From: an uncultured bacterium
GTDB taxonomy: Bacteria > Zixibacteria > MSB-5A5 > GN15 > FEB-12
Assembly: GCA_965603125.1 (NCBI GenBank)
Contig: CBFDBU010000001.1
Coordinates: 118,588-182,587, forward strand
Direction of reading: 5' to 3'
Length of the DNA stretch: 64,000 bases
Positions within the stretch are counted from its first letter, which is position 1. The number at the start of each line of letters is the position of its first letter. Below are positions 47,143 to 56,590 of the stretch, piece by piece. A program made the translations under genes and the position numbers. A model generated the notes under the pieces. That model had not been told where the DNA came from. It made no database searches and saw nothing but the letters and a program-made list of their open reading frames with translations.

Positions 47143-47778
47143 CTACAGCACTTTGACGCCGACCGTAACCGCCCAGAAACCCATGCTGTCATCGAAAATC
47201 GGCTCGACGTCGCTACCCGCCTCAATCGCCTGCGATGTGCCGATGCTTATCACTCTCGCGTGTGCGAAAAGTTTGACCAGGCGAATCAGCGGGTACTCCA
47301 CACCCACACCGATATTGTAATAGAACTTGGTCTGGTCCTCGACCGCCAGATTCTCGGTTAGACTCTCCACCACCGCCTCGACGCCTGGAGGCAGTTCAAA
47401 CCTATCCGGTTGTTTCACCTGTGCCAGACCGATACCGACAAACGCATACGGTTTCAGCGGGAATCCCGGAATGCCGACAGCCAACTTGCCGTCGACGCCG
47501 TACATCGTGATCTCAATATCCCCACCTGTGACGTCACCAATGTCACTGCAGAATTTATGCAGTTCGACCTTGCCGATTGTCTCGAGTATGGGCAGGGCAC
47601 TCAACGACACTCCGATCATGCCGTGATAGCCGGTCTTGTAATTGGTCTTGAAACCGGCAGGGGCATTCGGAACTGTGAACCCACCCCCCGCATACAACTT
47701 GATGGGGCTGCCGGCCTGGGCCGAAGAGGCCATGGCAAGAGCGAGCAGAACCGCCACTGCCAGTGCAATCTTCTTCAT
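47143..47778 (-). CDS. Outer-membrane beta-barrel protein (OmpW/opacity-porin-like)
   Basis: ATG 47778 is preceded by AAGGAG. The signal peptide is MKKIALAVAVLLALAMASSAQA. The sequence has an alternating amphipathic beta-strand pattern. Confidence 0.7.
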   Translation of the reverse strand: MKKIALAVAVLLALAMASSAQAGSPIKLYAGGGFTVPNAPAGFKTNYKTGYHGMIGVSLSALPILETIGKVELHKFCSDIGDVTGGDIEITMYGVDGKLAVGIPGFPLKPYAFVGIGLAQVKQPDRFELPPGVEAVVESLTENLAVEDQTKFYYNIGVGVEYPLIRLVKLFAHARVISIGTSQAIEAGSDVEPIFDDSMGFWAVTVGVKVL

Positions 47779-47858
47779 CGTGATCTCCTTAATGGGCCTT
47801 CTGTCCTGATCCTGATTGTTCGACCAGCTTAATGCCACTTCCCGGGCAACCGGTCAAC

Positions 47859-47958
47859 AAAAACCTCTGCGAAGTATCGGCCAGACTTAAAGTCGCCCAA
47901 GCAGCACCCTATTCCCTGTAACGCATTATCGCAATATGTCTTAACACGCGCGCAAAAA
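47859..47958 (+). repeat. 100-bp direct repeat, copy 1
   Basis: AAAAACCTCTGCGAAGTATCGGCCAGACTTAAAGTCGCCCAAGCAGCACCCTATTCCCTGTAACGCATTATCGCAATATGTCTTAACACGCGCGCAAAAA is identical to 48872-48971. Confidence 0.95.
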
Positions 47959-48093
47959 TCTGTGGCAACCTATAGGCTGTGGGGATTACTGCGTGTTTCC
48001 TCGCGCTATGCACGTATTCTGAGCTATTTACAGTTAGATCGCGGTGCCTGCATTCCGGGCTAGACTTCACCCGACAGACTCGCTTCAGCGACT

Positions 48094-48342
48094 TTACTCG
48101 ACCTTTGGTTCGAAGGGATCTTGCTTGATCTTCTTGAACCTGCTAGACCGATTGGCACTGAGGATGACTCTGACTCCAAAGCCGCAAAGAGTTAGACCTG
48201 GGAACCAGTGAACTAAGAACATGAGTACTATTCCGATGGCTATTAGGATGCTCCCAATCAGGAACTTCCAAAAGTACTCATATCTCAGATACAGTCTCCG
48301 CAGTTCATTCGACCAAGGGTTCCGATTGGACTTGGTCGCCAT
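48094..48342 (-). CDS. Small two-TM membrane protein, unknown function (AT-rich segment)
   Basis: ORF 48094..48357. ATG 48342 is preceded by GGAAGG. It has two hydrophobic helices, FLIGSILIAIGIVLMFLV and GLTLCGFGVRVIL. A sampled line in this segment is 37 % G+C. Confidence 0.45.
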   Translation of the reverse strand: MATKSNRNPWSNELRRLYLRYEYFWKFLIGSILIAIGIVLMFLVHWFPGLTLCGFGVRVILSANRSSRFKKIKQDPFEPKVE

Positions 48343-48531
48343 TATCTTACCTTCCACTACGGGACAGATGTTAACCTTTCATACCTAGTATCGACTAACT
48401 CTCAATTTTCTACTACACTTCCAGTCAAGTAGAAGTATAGGTGCCTGATACACTTTGCCTTATAGGTCTTTCTAATCTCTTCTCTTTTCTGGGAGTTCTT
48501 AATTGTAAGAGACACAACTCCGGCGTTGTTG

Positions 48532-48672
48532 TCAAGAGATTTTGTCGAGAAACTCCTGCTTCACATCGATCATGTCCACTTCGTAACCCCTGGTGGCGAG
48601 AACCTGGGAAATACCATTTCCCATCGTACCGGTCCCGACCACCGTCACTCTTTTCACATCGTCAGCCTTCAT
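48532..48672 (-). pseudogene. Truncated 5' fragment of a 3-hydroxybutyryl-CoA dehydrogenase paralogue
   Basis: The minus strand encodes [43 protein letters not shown] then KIS-stop. The first 43 aa align with Hbd at 50282 ([43 protein letters not shown]). The upstream GAAATAAGCAC is also shared. Confidence 0.8.
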
Positions 48673-48737
48673 TGTGCTTATTTCTTTCGAGAGGGATATT
48701 TTTCAATTTTTATTTTTGTTCTAAAAGGTGTGCAGCG

Positions 48738-48863
48738 TTTGATGCTGGTGCTGCCAAGCGACACCAGCCAGCACGATTATGATTGTTGTGCCGTCAGGCG
48801 TCTCTGCCTGACGGTTTACTCACATTCTGTCGTGAGGCGTCGGGCAGGGACATCCGACGCCAC
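48738..48863. repeat. Diverged dispersed copy of the 7891-8164 hairpin repeat
   Basis: It shares GATGCTGGTGCTGCCA, CAGGCGTCTCTGCCTG and GAGGCGTCGGGCAG(A/G)GACA(C/T)CCGACGCCAC with the 137-bp units. Confidence 0.7.
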
Positions 48864-48871
48864 CTCTTTGA

Positions 48872-48971
48872 AAAAACCTCTGCGAAGTATCGGCCAGACT
48901 TAAAGTCGCCCAAGCAGCACCCTATTCCCTGTAACGCATTATCGCAATATGTCTTAACACGCGCGCAAAAA
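48872..48971 (+). repeat. 100-bp direct repeat, copy 2
   Basis: Identical to 47859-47958. Confidence 0.95.
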
Positions 48972-48995
48972 GGTGGAGTTTGTGAAGTTGTTCAC

Positions 48996-49033
48996 TTGAT
49001 TTCCCTCGAAGTTTTGATTATATAGGTCAAAAC
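48996..49033 (+). promoter_or_regulatory. Candidate promoter of the thiolase-hbd-acd operon with an overlapping palindromic operator
   Basis: TTGATT (48996-49001), a 17-nt spacer, then TATATA (49019-49024). The inverted repeat GTTTTGA-N9-TCAAAAC (49011-49033) brackets the -10 box. Confidence 0.4.
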
Positions 49034-49067
49034 TTGAAACAACATTACACACTCTGGAGGATTTAAG

Positions 49068-50258
49068 ATGGCTGAAAGGAATGAGACCTACATTGTCTCC
49101 GTCTGCCGGACAGCGGTAGGGAATCTTCACGGCGGACTGGGCAGTATGACAGCTCCGCAGACGGGAGCTCTGGCTATTAAGGAAGCCATCAGGCGTTCCG
49201 GCGTTGACCCCACCGATATCGAGGAAGTCATAATGGGGCAGGTTGTTCAAGGCGGTTGCGGTCAGGCGCCCGGCCGCCAGGCTGCAATCCACGCGGGAGT
49301 GCCGCCGGAAGCGGCCGTTATGACGATCAATAAGGTATGTGGCTCGGGGCTGAAGGCGGTCATGCTGGCGGCACAGTCAATCCGTGCCGGCGACCAGGAG
49401 GTGTTCGTAGCCGGCGGCATGGAGTCGATGTCACAGACGCCGTACGTAATACGCGGAGCCAAGACCGGACTCCGGTGGGGCCACAAAGAGCTGGATGATA
49501 TCATGGTCTCCGATGGTCTGTGGGACAGCTTCAACAATTTCCACATGGGCCGCGCCGCGGAGTTTATCAGCCGGGAGGAAAAGATCAGCCGCGAAGCGCA
49601 GGACGAATACGCGTTCAATTCGCATCAGAAAGCGGTTGCCGCTCAGAAAGCCGGGAAGTTCAAGGACGAGATATTCGATGTCGGAATCCCCCAGCGCAAA
49701 GGCGACCCGGTCATATTCAACGTCGACGAGTGCCCCCGCGCAGGCATCACCATTGAGAAGCTGGCCAGACTCCGACCGGCCTTTGAGAAGGACGGCACGG
49801 TTACGGCTGGAAACGCCCCCGGGCTTAACGACGGCGCCGCAGCCTCGGTGGTGGTGTCGGGGAAGTACATGAAAGAAAAGGGGCTTAAACCCCTGGCAAG
49901 AGTGATCGAGTATGCCGTGGCCGGTACTGAACCCAAGCGTCTTTTCTGGGCGCCCATCTATGCCGTCCAGAAGCTGATGAAAAAGATGAACGTCGACATC
50001 AACCACTGGGACCTGATCGAGGCCAATGAGGCATTCTCCGTTCAGTGTCTGGCGGACGGCAAGGCGCTCGGCTGGGATTGGGAGCGGGTCAACGTTCACG
50101 GTGGCGCCGTCGCCCTGGGACATCCCATCGGCGCGTCCGGCGCCCGCGTTCTGGCAACACTGATCTATGCTCTCAAGGATCGTGGTTTGAAAACCGGACT
50201 GGCCACACTCTGTCTGGGTGGCGGCCACGCAGTGGCAATGGCGATTGAGTTGGTATAG
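49068..50258 (+). CDS. Acetyl-CoA C-acetyltransferase (thiolase II)
   Basis: 396 aa. [12 protein letters not shown] is the active-site Cys region and the C-terminus carries [19 protein letters not shown] and CLGGG. The RBS is GGAGGA. Confidence 0.9.
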   Translation: MAERNETYIVSVCRTAVGNLHGGLGSMTAPQTGALAIKEAIRRSGVDPTDIEEVIMGQVVQGGCGQAPGRQAAIHAGVPPEAAVMTINKVCGSGLKAVMLAAQSIRAGDQEVFVAGGMESMSQTPYVIRGAKTGLRWGHKELDDIMVSDGLWDSFNNFHMGRAAEFISREEKISREAQDEYAFNSHQKAVAAQKAGKFKDEIFDVGIPQRKGDPVIFNVDECPRAGITIEKLARLRPAFEKDGTVTAGNAPGLNDGAAASVVVSGKYMKEKGLKPLARVIEYAVAGTEPKRLFWAPIYAVQKLMKKMNVDINHWDLIEANEAFSVQCLADGKALGWDWERVNVHGGAVALGHPIGASGARVLATLIYALKDRGLKTGLATLCLGGGHAVAMAIELV

Positions 50259-50281
50259 CAAACACGGAGGAAATAAGCACG

Positions 50282-51145
50282 ATGAAGGCTGACGATGTGA
50301 AAAGATTGACGGTGGTCGGGACCGGTATCATGGGCAACGGTATTTCCCAGGTTCTCGCCACCAAGGGCTTCGAGGTGGACATGGTCGACATAAAACAGGA
50401 GTTTCTCGACCGGGCCGTAGCGACCATCACCAAGAGCCTGGACCGTCTACTGAAGAAGGAAAAGATCACCGACGACGACAAGCAGGTTGCTCTGGGCCGT
50501 CTGCATACCGGTACCGATCTCGGGGTTGCCAAAGACTCGCAACTGGTCATCGAGGCGGTAACTGAGGATCTCGGTATCAAGCTTGACATTTTCAGGAAGC
50601 TGGAACAAACCTGTCCGCCGGAGGTGATCTTCGCCTCCAATACCTCGTCCCTGCCGATTACGCAGTTGGCGGAGGCCACCAGGCGACCGGACAAGTTCAT
50701 CGGCATGCACTTCATGAACCCGGTTCCGATGATGAAGCTGATCGAGGTGATACGCGGCATTGCCACTTCCGACGAAACCTATGGCTTCGTCAAGGAGGTC
50801 TCCATTAAACTGGGCAAGACCCCGGTCGAGGTCAACGACTTCCCCGGCTTTGCGGCTAACCGGATCCTGCTACCCATGATCAACGAGGCCATCTATGCCC
50901 ACATGGAAGGCGTGGCGACCGTTGAAGCCATCGACGAGGTTATGAAACTGGGCTGCGCCCACCCCATGGGCCCGCTGACGCTGGCGGATTTCATCGGTCT
51001 TGACGTCTGTCTGGCCATCCTCGAGGTCATGCACAAAGGCTTCGGCGATCCCAAGTACCGTCCCTGCCCGCTGCTAAGAAAGATGGTGCAGGCCGGATAC
51101 CTGGGCCGCAAGACCGGACGCGGCTTCTACGACTACAGCTCGTAA
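50282..51145 (+). CDS. hbd: 3-hydroxybutyryl-CoA dehydrogenase
   Basis: 287 aa. [16 protein letters not shown] is the NAD-binding motif, and [18 protein letters not shown] and [11 protein letters not shown] are typical of Hbd. Confidence 0.9.
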   Translation: MKADDVKRLTVVGTGIMGNGISQVLATKGFEVDMVDIKQEFLDRAVATITKSLDRLLKKEKITDDDKQVALGRLHTGTDLGVAKDSQLVIEAVTEDLGIKLDIFRKLEQTCPPEVIFASNTSSLPITQLAEATRRPDKFIGMHFMNPVPMMKLIEVIRGIATSDETYGFVKEVSIKLGKTPVEVNDFPGFAANRILLPMINEAIYAHMEGVATVEAIDEVMKLGCAHPMGPLTLADFIGLDVCLAILEVMHKGFGDPKYRPCPLLRKMVQAGYLGRKTGRGFYDYSS

Positions 51146-51156
51146 GGAGAAACCTC

Positions 51157-52299
51157 ATGGATTTCAATCTGTCTGAAGACGACCTGGAATTGAAGCAAAT
51201 GGCGCGCGATTTCGCCAACAAGCGCCTTTACCCGCACGCCGAGAGGTTCGACGAGGAAGAGTCCACTCCCGCTGAGCTTATCAGTGAGATCGGAGAATTG
51301 GGGTATCTTGGTTTCACCGCTCCGGAAGAATACGGCGGTATGGATCTGAGCACCACGGCATTCGCGGGGGTGCTCGAAGAGATCTGCGCGGCGTCAGCCG
51401 GATTCGGCATCCTTCTGTCGGTTCACAATTCGCTTTGCTGCGAGATAGTCAAGCAGTACGGTTCCGAGGACACCAAGAAGAAGTACCTGCCGGTAATGGC
51501 GACCGGTGAGAAAATCGGCGCTTACTGTCTAACCGAACCAAACGCCGGTACCGATATCGCCTCCCTTAGCATGACGGCTATTGACCAGGGCGATCACTAC
51601 CTCGTCAACGGCACCAAGACGTTTGTCACCAACGGCGGCCTGGCCGGAGTCCTGGTGGTCTTCGCCAAGACCGACCCTGAGGCGGGACGCAAGGGCATCA
51701 GTTGCCTGCTGATTGACAACAAGATCGACGGCATCACCATCGGCAAACCGGAGAAGAAATGCGGCATGAAGGCTTCCGACACCAGGGAAATCAACTTCGC
51801 CGACGTCAAGGTGCCCAAAGAAAACCTGCTGGGCAACCTGGGCGAGGGGTTCAAGATGGCCCTGACCATTCTCAATTCCGGTCGCATCGGCGTGTCGTTT
51901 CAGGCGATCGGTATCGCCCAGGCAGCGCTCAATGAGGCGATCAAATACTCCAAGGAGCGCCAACAGTTCGGCCGGCCGATCTGCAATTTCCAGGCAATCC
52001 AGTTCAAGTTGGCTGAGATGGCAACCCGGATCGACGCCGGACGGATGCTCGGCTATCGGGCGGCTCAACTGAAGGATGCCGGCAAGCCCTGTCAGCGCGA
52101 GGCCTCGATGTCCAAGCTGTTTTGCTCTCAGATGGCCAACTACGTCGTCAATGAGGCGGTGCAGATTCACGGCGGGTATGGGTACATGAAAGAGTACGCG
52201 GTCGAGCGCTACTTCCGCGATGCTCGCGTTACGGAAATCTACGAAGGTTCCTCCGAGGCCCAGCGGTTGGTCATCGCGAGGGAATTACTGAGGGACTGA
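51157..52299 (+). CDS. Acyl-CoA dehydrogenase (short-chain/butyryl-CoA type)
   Basis: 380 aa with ACAD family motifs (CLTEPNAGTD, QIHGGYGYMKEYAVERYFRDARVTEIYEGSSE). Confidence 0.85.
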   Translation: MDFNLSEDDLELKQMARDFANKRLYPHAERFDEEESTPAELISEIGELGYLGFTAPEEYGGMDLSTTAFAGVLEEICAASAGFGILLSVHNSLCCEIVKQYGSEDTKKKYLPVMATGEKIGAYCLTEPNAGTDIASLSMTAIDQGDHYLVNGTKTFVTNGGLAGVLVVFAKTDPEAGRKGISCLLIDNKIDGITIGKPEKKCGMKASDTREINFADVKVPKENLLGNLGEGFKMALTILNSGRIGVSFQAIGIAQAALNEAIKYSKERQQFGRPICNFQAIQFKLAEMATRIDAGRMLGYRAAQLKDAGKPCQREASMSKLFCSQMANYVVNEAVQIHGGYGYMKEYAVERYFRDARVTEIYEGSSEAQRLVIARELLRD

Positions 52300-52302
52300 A
52301 CC

Positions 52303-53442
52303 TTGCTGTCGAAAAATCACCTGGAGTATCGAGAGAAGATACGGGCTTTCGCCGAGGAAAAGATAGCGCCACAGGCGGTCAGCCTTGATCTTCAGCAGCG
52401 CTTTCCCACCGAGTACCTGAAGCCGCTGGCCGAGATGGGACTGATGAGCATGATCATCCCGGAGGAGTATGGCGGCCGCCCGGTAGATACGGTCTGTTAC
52501 TCGATTGCGGTTGAGGAACTCTCTCGCGTGTGCGGCTCAACCGGGATTACCATCGCGGCGCACAACTCGCTGGGGGTTTTCCCGATATACCGTTTCGGCA
52601 GTGAAGACCAGAAGAAGAAGTACCTGCCGATGGCCGCCGCTGGGGAATTGCTGGCCTTTGGTCTCACTGAATCGGATGCCGGCTCGGATGCCGGTGGCAC
52701 CAGGACCTTTGCCAAACGAGACGGTAACCACTGGATCATCAACGGCTCCAAATGCTTCATTACCTCCGCCTCCCACGCCATGGCCACAATCTCTACCGCC
52801 AAAACTTCCGACGACCCGAAAGACCCCACCATCACCAGCTTTATCTTAGAGAAAGGGATGCCCGGATACTCGGTCGGTAAAAAGGAGAACAAGATGGGGC
52901 TGCGCGGTTCCGACACCGCCAGCTTGCACTTCGATGATTTGAAGGTGACGGATGAGTACCTGCTGGGCAGGATCGGTGAGGGATTCAAGCAGATGCTGAT
53001 CACGCTGGATGGCGGACGCATCTCTATCGGCGCTATGGCGCTGGGCCTGGCGCAGGGTGCGCTGGAGTGCGCGCTCAAGTATGCCACCGAGCACCGGCAT
53101 GGCGGCAAACCGATAGCCTATAGACAGGGCGTGCAATTCACGCTGGCCGACATGGCCACGGAGATCGAAGCCGCCCGCCTGTTGATATATGAGGCCTCCA
53201 TGCTCAAGGATTCCGGACAGCCGTTTTCGCGCCTGTCAGCGATGGCCAAGCTTTACGCATCGGAGGTTGGCACCCGGGTCGCGGCTACCGCGCTTGGCAT
53301 TCTGTTGGAGAACGGCCAGTACACCGGTCCGCTTCCGGCAGAACGTATCTGGCGGGATGTGAAGCTGTGTGAGATCGGCGAGGGAACCTCGGAAATTCAG
53401 CGGCTGGTGATCGGGCGGGATTTACTGAAATCGCTGAAGTAA
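52303..53442 (+). CDS. Acyl-CoA dehydrogenase (second paralogue; possibly isovaleryl-CoA type)
   Basis: 379 aa with a TTG start preceded by GAGGGA. ACAD motifs are GLTESDAGSDAG and the C-terminal EIGEGTSEIQRLVIGR. Substrate is not assignable from sequence alone. Confidence 0.8.
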   Translation: MLSKNHLEYREKIRAFAEEKIAPQAVSLDLQQRFPTEYLKPLAEMGLMSMIIPEEYGGRPVDTVCYSIAVEELSRVCGSTGITIAAHNSLGVFPIYRFGSEDQKKKYLPMAAAGELLAFGLTESDAGSDAGGTRTFAKRDGNHWIINGSKCFITSASHAMATISTAKTSDDPKDPTITSFILEKGMPGYSVGKKENKMGLRGSDTASLHFDDLKVTDEYLLGRIGEGFKQMLITLDGGRISIGAMALGLAQGALECALKYATEHRHGGKPIAYRQGVQFTLADMATEIEAARLLIYEASMLKDSGQPFSRLSAMAKLYASEVGTRVAATALGILLENGQYTGPLPAERIWRDVKLCEIGEGTSEIQRLVIGRDLLKSLK

Positions 53443-53645
53443 CCTGCGGTGAAAAGTGACGGGGTCTCGACACACACCGCCGCGAGGCCCCACCGGTTGC
53501 CGATTGTCGGGGCTCCGGCCTTCGCGTCTGACGCCTGCTGCCCAAACTCCTTTCCGGTGCGTAACATTCTTCACCATAAGACGTATTAACCAGGAAACAA
53601 GGGACACTGTTTTCGTCCCGCACGCAAACGCAGGAGAAAGTTCTT

Positions 53646-55514
53646 ATGAGACTTCGCATGGCATTCTCACTGGCGACGACGGTTCTCTTCATCGCCGCGT
53701 CGCAGACCCAAACCCAGGGGCATCTTAGCGATCCATACCGGATACTCGAGAGGCACTTTGAAGCCATCGGGGGGCTGGACAAACTCAAAGCGGAGAAGAC
53801 AAGCCGTTCGGAGGGGACAATCGTCCTGGTGGGAACGGGACTGTCCGGAACCGTCAAGGCGTGGGCGGAGGTTCCCGACCGTCAACGACAGGAACTGGAT
53901 TTGAGCGTGCTCAAACAAACGTCGGGCGACAACGGACAAACCAGTTGGACGGTTGACGTCAATGGAAAGGTTCAGATCGTAAAGGATAAGGCTGCTCTCA
54001 AGAGAAGGGAGTTGGGCCGGTTGATGGCGCTCTATGAGTATACCGACCCGAGTTCCGTGAACTTCACTCTGACATTCGAGGGAATCGAAAAAGTGGGCGA
54101 GATCGACTGCTACGTGATCAAGATAGAGAACGCCATTAATGACGACATCCTGTTACAGTTCATCGACAAATCAAGTTTCTACCTTCAGAAGTCAATAACC
54201 AAAAGACCGGACGACGAACAACACACGGTCTACTCGGACTATCGCGAGATCGGCGGTATCATGCGCGCCTTCCGGCAGGATATTGAAACCCTCCCAATCG
54301 ACCAGAAAGCGACGATCGAGATAACGAGCTATGAAGTCGACATTGAGATAGACCCGTCTCTTTTTGATCCTCCCGTAAAAGACGCCGCCGATTTCAGATT
54401 CACCGGCGGCGGGAATGCGGTGAGCGTTCCCTTCCAGTTCATCGAGGATCACATCTTCATGCAGGTAAACGTAAGTGGCAAGGAGAGACTGTGGCTCCTG
54501 GACTCCGGCGCTGGTATTTCGGTTATCGATTCCGCCTACGCCGTGGAACTGGGCCTTGAGTTGGAGGGCAATCTCACCGGAGTGGGCGCCGGCAACAAGG
54601 TTCAGATCTCATTCGTGATACTGCCACCATTCAGCGTTGGTGGGATTCAGTTTAACGAGCAGTCGGTTGGCTCGGCCGGCTTTGTGTCTTCGCTGGTACG
54701 CCGGCACATGGGGATGGACGTGGTCGGCATCCTGGGCTACGATTTTCTCTCGCGTTTTGTGACCAGGATCGACTACGCAGGTGAGATGCTGACTTTCTAC
54801 AATGCCGATTCCTTCGCGTACGATGACGACGGCGTAGTGCTCGACGCACCTATCAAAGAAAAGTGCCACAGCGTCCCCATGGCGGTCGAAGGCAAATACA
54901 ATGGCGTCTGGAGTCTTGATCTCGGGGCGAGTGGATGTTCGTTCCACTATCCGTTTGCTGAAGAAAACGGCCTTCTTAAGATGGACGGGATCAGGCGCTT
55001 GGGGTTCGGCGCCGGTGGCTCCGGTGAGCATCTTGTACACCGTTTTCAAAACCTGGAGTTTGCGGGATTTGAGATCAAGAACCCGCGAATCTCAGTGACG
55101 CTCGGCAAGGGTGTCGGAGCTTTTTCCCGCAAGGAGGTGATCGGCAATCTCGGAAGCAGCCTTTTCAGGCACTTCGTCTTGTATCTCGACTATGAGCGCC
55201 AGCAGGTGATTGTCGAAAAGGGCGCTGATTTCGACAGGCAGTTCCCCGAAGACAGAAGCGGCCTGCAACTGGTACAGTCCGAAACCGGTGAGCCTGAGGT
55301 TGTCTATGTCGCACCCCACACGCCCGCGGACAAGGCCGGTTTTCAAATTGGGGATGTTATCGCAAGCGTCAACGATATCAATTCGGAGTACCTTGCCGGG
55401 TTGATAGGTCTGCGTAAGATACTGCGTGAGGAGGCAGGCACACGGTACACGTTCCGCGTGCTGCGTGAGGGACGGGAAAAGGAATTGAAGTTAAAACTCA
55501 AAGACCTGTTATAA
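53646..55514 (+). CDS. Secreted protein with LolA-like N-terminal region, two retropepsin-like aspartyl-protease domains and a C-terminal PDZ domain
   Basis: Signal peptide. LLDSGAGISVID is a D-S-G-A retropepsin motif, and a second degenerate WSLDLGASGCS follows. The C-terminal GFQIGDVIASVNDI region is PDZ-like. Confidence 0.7.
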   Translation: MRLRMAFSLATTVLFIAASQTQTQGHLSDPYRILERHFEAIGGLDKLKAEKTSRSEGTIVLVGTGLSGTVKAWAEVPDRQRQELDLSVLKQTSGDNGQTSWTVDVNGKVQIVKDKAALKRRELGRLMALYEYTDPSSVNFTLTFEGIEKVGEIDCYVIKIENAINDDILLQFIDKSSFYLQKSITKRPDDEQHTVYSDYREIGGIMRAFRQDIETLPIDQKATIEITSYEVDIEIDPSLFDPPVKDAADFRFTGGGNAVSVPFQFIEDHIFMQVNVSGKERLWLLDSGAGISVIDSAYAVELGLELEGNLTGVGAGNKVQISFVILPPFSVGGIQFNEQSVGSAGFVSSLVRRHMGMDVVGILGYDFLSRFVTRIDYAGEMLTFYNADSFAYDDDGVVLDAPIKEKCHSVPMAVEGKYNGVWSLDLGASGCSFHYPFAEENGLLKMDGIRRLGFGAGGSGEHLVHRFQNLEFAGFEIKNPRISVTLGKGVGAFSRKEVIGNLGSSLFRHFVLYLDYERQQVIVEKGADFDRQFPEDRSGLQLVQSETGEPEVVYVAPHTPADKAGFQIGDVIASVNDINSEYLAGLIGLRKILREEAGTRYTFRVLREGREKELKLKLKDLL

Positions 55515-55542
55515 TTATCGTCTACTACGAGAGGAGCGAGGT

Positions 55543-56562
55543 ATGAGAAAGTTGTGGAAAGGCGCCCTTGCGGTCATGCTGTCGCTGGCGCTGATTGCGT
55601 CCGTTGCCTCTGCGCGAGGTGATCAGGACATCGACGAAACGTTCGAGAAGAAGTCGCTTGTGAGAGTAAACACGGTCAGCAGCGACTGCATCGTAAAGAA
55701 AGGCCAGTCTGAAGAAATCAGGGTTGAGCTGACAGCATCCTACCGTCCTGCGGACTGCTTCGAACCTGAGATAAAGCAGCGTGAAAACTCACTCATGATC
55801 TCCGAGGATTACGACTGTTCCTGCAATGGCGACGCCGTCTGGACTATAACCGTACCCGAGGGGACGCGGATCAGGTTCTCCTCGGCATCCGGGGACTTTG
55901 AAATGGAGGGTTTGAAAGCGAAAGTGAACGCCGAGACTGCCTCCGGCAGTATCACTATCAGGGATGCCGACGGCAATCTCGATATTGAAAGCGCCAGCGG
56001 CGACGCCTGGATCAGTGATTGTTCCGGAGAACTGTCCGTCAGCACCGCCAGCGGTGACGTCATCCTGAACAACCTGTCGGGAGAGGTAGAGATCAACACG
56101 GCCAGCGGTGATATCGAAGCGAAAGGCATAACCGGCCTTATTTCGCTGGATGCCGCTTCGGGAGATATTGAGATCGAGAACTCCAGGGGCGAATTCAATG
56201 TCGGGGTGGCCAGCGGCGACGTGGACGCGTCCGGTGTAATCCTCGAGGAGGAGTCCTGTTTCGGCACCGCCTCGGGTACGGTCGTGGTGGAGTTGGAAGA
56301 AAGCGCCGCCAGTGATCTGGAAATATCCTCAGCTTCCGGCAAAGCCGTCTTGAACTACGGCGGCAATCCGATCAAGGGCACGTTCGAGTTCATCGCCAGA
56401 GTAGACAGGGGTCGCATCACCTCACCGGTGGACTTCGACGACGAGGAGACATTCTACCGTCACGACAGGGAATACCACCGCAAGTCGTTCACAAAAGGGA
56501 ACGACACACCGCGTATAGCCATCAGTACCGCCTCCGGGAGAGCGACGCTGAAGCTCAAGTAG
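55543..56562 (+). CDS. DUF4097-like putative adhesin (beta-helical ASGD repeats)
   Basis: Signal peptide, then repeated ~19-aa units TASGSITIRD / SASGDAWISD / TASGDVILNN / TASGDIEAKG / AASGDIEIEN / VASGDVDASG. Confidence 0.7.
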   Translation: MRKLWKGALAVMLSLALIASVASARGDQDIDETFEKKSLVRVNTVSSDCIVKKGQSEEIRVELTASYRPADCFEPEIKQRENSLMISEDYDCSCNGDAVWTITVPEGTRIRFSSASGDFEMEGLKAKVNAETASGSITIRDADGNLDIESASGDAWISDCSGELSVSTASGDVILNNLSGEVEINTASGDIEAKGITGLISLDAASGDIEIENSRGEFNVGVASGDVDASGVILEEESCFGTASGTVVVELEESAASDLEISSASGKAVLNYGGNPIKGTFEFIARVDRGRITSPVDFDDEETFYRHDREYHRKSFTKGNDTPRIAISTASGRATLKLK

Positions 56563-56590
56563 CAACGCAGGCGGTACTGAAGCAAGAGTT

